Positions 60,420 through 64,000 of a stretch of DNA of 64,000 bases are shown here, piece by piece (position 1 is the first letter of the stretch; each line of letters starts with the position of its first letter). This DNA comes from Trueperaceae bacterium (GTDB lineage Bacteria > Deinococcota > Deinococci > Deinococcales > Trueperaceae). Position numbers and translations under genes: made by a program. The stretch is from NCBI GenBank assembly GCA_965213925.1, contig OZ243927.1:384001-448000 (forward strand), read 5' to 3'. Under the pieces are notes generated by a model. That model was not told the DNA's origin, searched no databases, and was given only the letters and a program-made list of their open reading frames with translations.

Positions 60420-60493
60420 AGCGCCATCGTCTAACGGCAAGATTCCTGGTTCTTACCCAGGGGATGAAGGTTCAAATCCTTCTGGCGCTACCA
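60420..60493 (+). tRNA. tRNA with CUU (Lys) anticodon and Glu-like body
   Basis: AGCGCCA/TGGCGCT acceptor, CCTGG-TTCTTAC-CCAGG anticodon arm, 4-nt variable region, encoded ACCA. Confidence 0.88.
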
Positions 60494-60494
60494 C

Positions 60495-60622
60495 AACTAA
60501 GCCGAAGGGCGTTCGTTATCGGTCAGAGCCCCTGAAAAGGGAGGACGCTGGTTCAACTCCAGCCTAGCCGCAAGGCTCAGTAGCTCAGGGAAACAACGCG
60601 AATGTCCACCCCTTGCCTAGTT
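60495..60622 (+). ncRNA. Y RNA 5, permuted tRNA domain with Phe (GAA) anticodon loop
   Basis: AACUAAGC-C-GA/UUGCCUAGUU; GUUAUC; CCC-CUGAAAA-GGG; GCUGG-UUCAACU-CCAGC; AGCC-GCAA-GGCU; UAGCUCAG. Confidence 0.8.
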
Positions 60623-60635
60623 TTATCTCTATCAT

Positions 60636-60783
60636 AGGCGAGCCGATTGGGTTCCGTTATCAGCCTGTCACGCTGGCGGTGCAGGTTCGATTCCTGCCTA
60701 GCCCTCGGGTCAGTCGTCTAAACGGTTAGGACACCAAGTCGGAAGCGATTCCGACATACCGAAGCCCGCCCACTTGCTCGCTT
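60636..60783 (+). ncRNA. Y RNA 6, permuted tRNA domain with Asp (GUC) anticodon loop
   Basis: AGGCGAGC-C-GA/UUGCUCGCUU; GUUAUC; CAGC-CUGUCAC-GCUG; GCAGG-UUCGAUU-CCUGC; D arm GUCU...GGAC; extra GCGA-tetraloop hairpin. Confidence 0.85.
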
Positions 60784-60970
60784 TATCTTACGCGGATAGG
60801 TCGCTGAGTTCTTCTCAAATCCTTTCACCTGTCTGCTTTATCGACGCAAGCTCCAGCTCTTCTGAGCTTGTATCACGCAGATATCATCCCTGAACGTGCG
60901 TGCTAGAGATTGCTTCTTCGGCTGAGCGCGTTTGTGACCAGATGCTACCTGCTTGAAGGAGGTGCTCGAA

Positions 60971-62563
60971 ATGCAAAAGTTCCACAAGCTCTTCTCACCC
61001 ACTAAAACGGCGCAAAACCGCCCGCTGGATAAATCGCAAATCAAGAACAGTGCGGGCGGATACGTCTGGGCGCTGGACCCGTGGAAGAGACTCGAGCGCT
61101 TCCTCATCTTGGGGACGGAGGGCGGCACGTTTTACGTCCGCGAAGCGCCCCTTACAGTGGAGAACGCCGAAAACGTCGTTAAGCTCCTCACAGAAGACGG
61201 CGTCCGTGTCGTCAACCGAGTTGCGGAGGTCAGCATGCAAGGTCGCGCTCACAAGAATGACCCAGCGCTCTTCGTCCTGGCGCTCGCATTCACGGTAGGT
61301 GACGTGGACACAAAGCGTGCAGCGGAAGCGGCGCTGCCTAAGGTCGCGCGTACTGGCACGCACCTCTTCACCTTCATGACCTACGTGAGCGAGATGCGCG
61401 GCTGGGGTCGTGTGCTGCGCCGTGCGGTAGCGGGTTGGTACGCGAGCAAAGATGTATCGGCGCTCGCTTATGGAGTCACTAAGTACGCCCAGCGCGGCGG
61501 CTGGACGCACCGCGACGCCCTACGTTTGGCGCACCCTAAGACGAATGACGCCGAGCGCGACGCGCTGTACCGTTACGTTACGGGGCATAGCGACAAGTTG
61601 AAGGAGGTGAGCGGCGAATGGGTTGACTACTTAAAGGCAGTCGAAGCGGTAAAGGTCGAAACGAACGTGCAAGCGGTCGTGGACGCCATCACGCGCTATA
61701 ACCTGCCGAGAGAGGTCATCCCTACCGAAATGCTTCGCAACAGTCAAGTCTGGGCGGCACTCCTAGCGCGTATGCCTATGACCGCGACGATTCGCAACCT
61801 CGCGACGATGACGCGCGTCGGCTTGCTGACACCTATGAGTGAAGCGTCAGAGGTCATCGCGGAACGCATCAAGAACGAAAAGGCGCTCCGCAAGGCTCGC
61901 GTCCACCCCATCGCCATCCTCGCCGCGCTGATGACCTACAGCGCAGGGCGCGGCGCAAGAGGTAAGGGTGTGTGGGAACCCGTGCAAGAGGTCGTGAACG
62001 CACTCGACACTGCGTTTTACCGCGCGTTCGAGAACGTCGTGCCGACGAACAAGCGCATCCTCATGGGGCTGGACGTATCCGGCTCGATGACCTGGGGTGA
62101 GGTGGGCGGCGTCCCTGGACTCACGCCCCGCGTCGCAAGTGCGGCACTCGCACTCGTCACGGCTTGGGCGGAGCCCAAGCACACGTTCATGGCGTTCTCG
62201 CACGAACTCGTGCCGGTCAAGATTTCGCCGCGTCAACGGCTGGACGACGTGGTGAAGCGCCTGGACGCTCTACCCTTCGGCGGGACGGACACCTCGCTGC
62301 CGATGCGTTACGCGGCGCAAAAGGGACTCGAGGTTGACGCCTTCGTCGTCCTGACCGACAACGAGACTTGGTACGGCAAGCAGCACCCCGCCGAAGCGTT
62401 GCGCGAGTACCGCCGCAAGACGGGTATCCCCGCCAAGCTCATCGTGGTCGGGATGCTCGGCAACCGCTTCACGATTGCGGACCCAAACGACGCTGGCATG
62501 TTAGATGTGGTCGGGTTCAGCACGGATACGCCGACGGTTATCGCGGATTTCATTCGCGAGTGA
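60971..62563 (+). CDS. rsr: Ro60-related TROVE domain RNA-binding protein
   Basis: NSAGGY, RFLILGTEGGTFY, VARTGTHLF, KY.QR.GWTHRD, vWA MIDAS DVSGSM, TDNETW; RBS AAGGAGG. Confidence 0.95.
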   Translation: MQKFHKLFSPTKTAQNRPLDKSQIKNSAGGYVWALDPWKRLERFLILGTEGGTFYVREAPLTVENAENVVKLLTEDGVRVVNRVAEVSMQGRAHKNDPALFVLALAFTVGDVDTKRAAEAALPKVARTGTHLFTFMTYVSEMRGWGRVLRRAVAGWYASKDVSALAYGVTKYAQRGGWTHRDALRLAHPKTNDAERDALYRYVTGHSDKLKEVSGEWVDYLKAVEAVKVETNVQAVVDAITRYNLPREVIPTEMLRNSQVWAALLARMPMTATIRNLATMTRVGLLTPMSEASEVIAERIKNEKALRKARVHPIAILAALMTYSAGRGARGKGVWEPVQEVVNALDTAFYRAFENVVPTNKRILMGLDVSGSMTWGEVGGVPGLTPRVASAALALVTAWAEPKHTFMAFSHELVPVKISPRQRLDDVVKRLDALPFGGTDTSLPMRYAAQKGLEVDAFVVLTDNETWYGKQHPAEALREYRRKTGIPAKLIVVGMLGNRFTIADPNDAGMLDVVGFSTDTPTVIADFIRE

Positions 62564-62620
62564 AACTCTAAGTTCTACACTGAGGCGCATAGGTTCAATG
62601 CCCCTCACTTCTGGAGAATC

Positions 62621-63838
62621 ATGGAATTGACGAAAAACATTTTCGGTCAACACGATGAAAAGACCTTGAAGCAGCTCGAGGACGTAGCGACGAGGGCTGA
62701 TAGAGTCGCCCTCATGTCAGACGGACACTTGGGCTACGTGATGCCCATCGGCGGCGTTGCTGCTTATGACAATAAAGTATCTGTCGCAGGCGTCGGCTTC
62801 GATATTGCGTGCGGGAACGCAGCCATCAAGACGAACTTGACCTTGGAACAACTCGAGCCCAACCTCACCACCCTCGCTGACGAAATCGCCGAGATCATCT
62901 CGTTTGGCGTTGGACGCAAAAACACCTCGGACGACGCGCCTGTGAATGACCCGCTCTTTGAGGACGCCGCTTGGGAAGTTGTCCCCACCAAAAAGGGCGT
63001 GCGCCAGCGTCTTTTAGACAAAGCGCGTAACCAGCTTGGCACGGTGGGCTCGGGCAATCACTACGTGGACGTCTTCGCGGACGAGAAGGGCGTGATTTGG
63101 GTCGGGGTGCATTTTGGCTCTCGCGGTTTCGGTCACACCGTCGCCTCCACCTTCATGGCGCTCCATCAGGGCGGCAAGTGGGGCGATAAGGGTAAGGAGA
63201 GCGAGGCACTTCTCAGCTTAGACGACGAGTTGGGCAAGGACTACTGGGCACTCATGACGCTCGCGGGGCGCTACGCCTACGTCGGGCGCGAGTGGGTCGC
63301 GCGTAAAGTCGTGGAGATTTTTGGGGGGACAGAGCAGGAACTCGTCCACAACCACCACAACTACGCCTGGAAAGAGGTGCATGACGGGCGTGAACTCGTC
63401 GTCGTGCGTAAAGGGGCGACGCCCGCTTTCCCTAGTCAAAAAGGCTTCGTCGGCGGCAGCATGGGCGACAACGCCGTCATTTTACAAGGTCGTGCGGATG
63501 CGGACGACGCAACCAAAGAACAACAAGCGTCAGCGCTCTACTCCACCGTTCACGGCGCAGGTCGCGTGATGAGCCGCACGCAGGCGGCGGGTAAGTGGGA
63601 CTATAAGCGCAAAGTCCGCAAGACTGAGGGGCTAATTTCAACAGAGATGATGCACGATTGGCTCGCCGAGAAAGGGGTCATCTTGCGCGGCGGCGGCTTG
63701 GACGAAGCGCCGCAGGCGTACCGCAGGTTGCCGGGCGTGTTGGCGTCGCAAGGCGCAACGGTTGAGGTCTTGCATACGCTCACGCCGCTTATCGTGGTGA
63801 TGGCAGGGGCGAACGAGTTTGATCCGTATAAGGATTGA
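62621..63838 (+). CDS. rtcB: RtcB family RNA ligase
   Basis: DGHLGY, GFDIACGN, GSGNHY, HFGSRG, HNHHN, HGAGR. Confidence 0.95.
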   Translation: MELTKNIFGQHDEKTLKQLEDVATRADRVALMSDGHLGYVMPIGGVAAYDNKVSVAGVGFDIACGNAAIKTNLTLEQLEPNLTTLADEIAEIISFGVGRKNTSDDAPVNDPLFEDAAWEVVPTKKGVRQRLLDKARNQLGTVGSGNHYVDVFADEKGVIWVGVHFGSRGFGHTVASTFMALHQGGKWGDKGKESEALLSLDDELGKDYWALMTLAGRYAYVGREWVARKVVEIFGGTEQELVHNHHNYAWKEVHDGRELVVVRKGATPAFPSQKGFVGGSMGDNAVILQGRADADDATKEQQASALYSTVHGAGRVMSRTQAAGKWDYKRKVRKTEGLISTEMMHDWLAEKGVILRGGGLDEAPQAYRRLPGVLASQGATVEVLHTLTPLIVVMAGANEFDPYKD

Positions 63839-64000
63839 TTTGCCGCGTCTCCCTTCCTCTTCTGAAGCCTTGGATTTTCAGCGAACAGAGTTTGTCAGCT
63901 TGTCAAGTTCCTGACAAGCTGATCCGCTCGAGCCCACCCCAAAGCGCCCAAGCTGTGACGACGGTGGCGTGAAACGCCACCGCGGTCCACAAGGAGCCGC

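Noticed and set aside
60157..60493. Prophage or island attachment site at the tRNAs
   Set aside because: No integrase and no duplicated tRNA 3' end seen in the window.
60367..60567. 66-aa ORF across the RNA array
   Set aside because: It overlaps a complete tRNA and two Y RNAs; the GSNP/GSTP peptides are translated T loops.
59852..60783. Y RNA units as ordinary or pseudo tRNA genes
   Set aside because: The T arm precedes the D-arm 5' strand (or the D arm is absent), the acceptor is loop-closed, and every unit is enclosed by a Ro-binding stem.

Overview
This is a bacterial chromosomal window of moderately high GC. Gene content suggests Deinococcota, possibly a Truepera-like lineage, but that is inference only. 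Most of it is housekeeping and catabolic: an HpsN/HisD-like dehydrogenase cluster with a sugar ABC transporter, secA, pyrF, proline catabolism, purQ, selD-selU, msrA, catalase-ankyrin and a UlaG-ABC cluster. It also holds a toxin-antitoxin-rich patch and a predicted ceramide synthesis cluster (spt, bcerS, cerR-like). The standout is 59.5-63.8 kb. A sigma70 promoter drives a ~1.4 kb nearly protein-free array of six Y RNA-like genes, each with the Ro-binding bulged stem (xCCGA...GUUAUC...CUUG). They are interleaved with two complete tRNA genes and followed by rsr (Ro60/TROVE) and rtcB. Five of the Y RNAs carry circularly permuted tRNA domains. Three of these keep intact canonical anticodon loops (Arg UCU, Phe GAA, Asp GUC), unlike the described YrlA architecture. 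One of the real tRNAs has a Glu-type body with a Lys (CUU) anticodon. A 43-codon ORF with three Trp-Phe-Phe repeats sits inside the array leader. Several MITE/REP families are present, and one element demonstrably disrupts a HAD gene with a TA target-site duplication. The secA and pruA frameshifts look like assembly artefacts. All RNA structures were folded by eye and no database searches were run.
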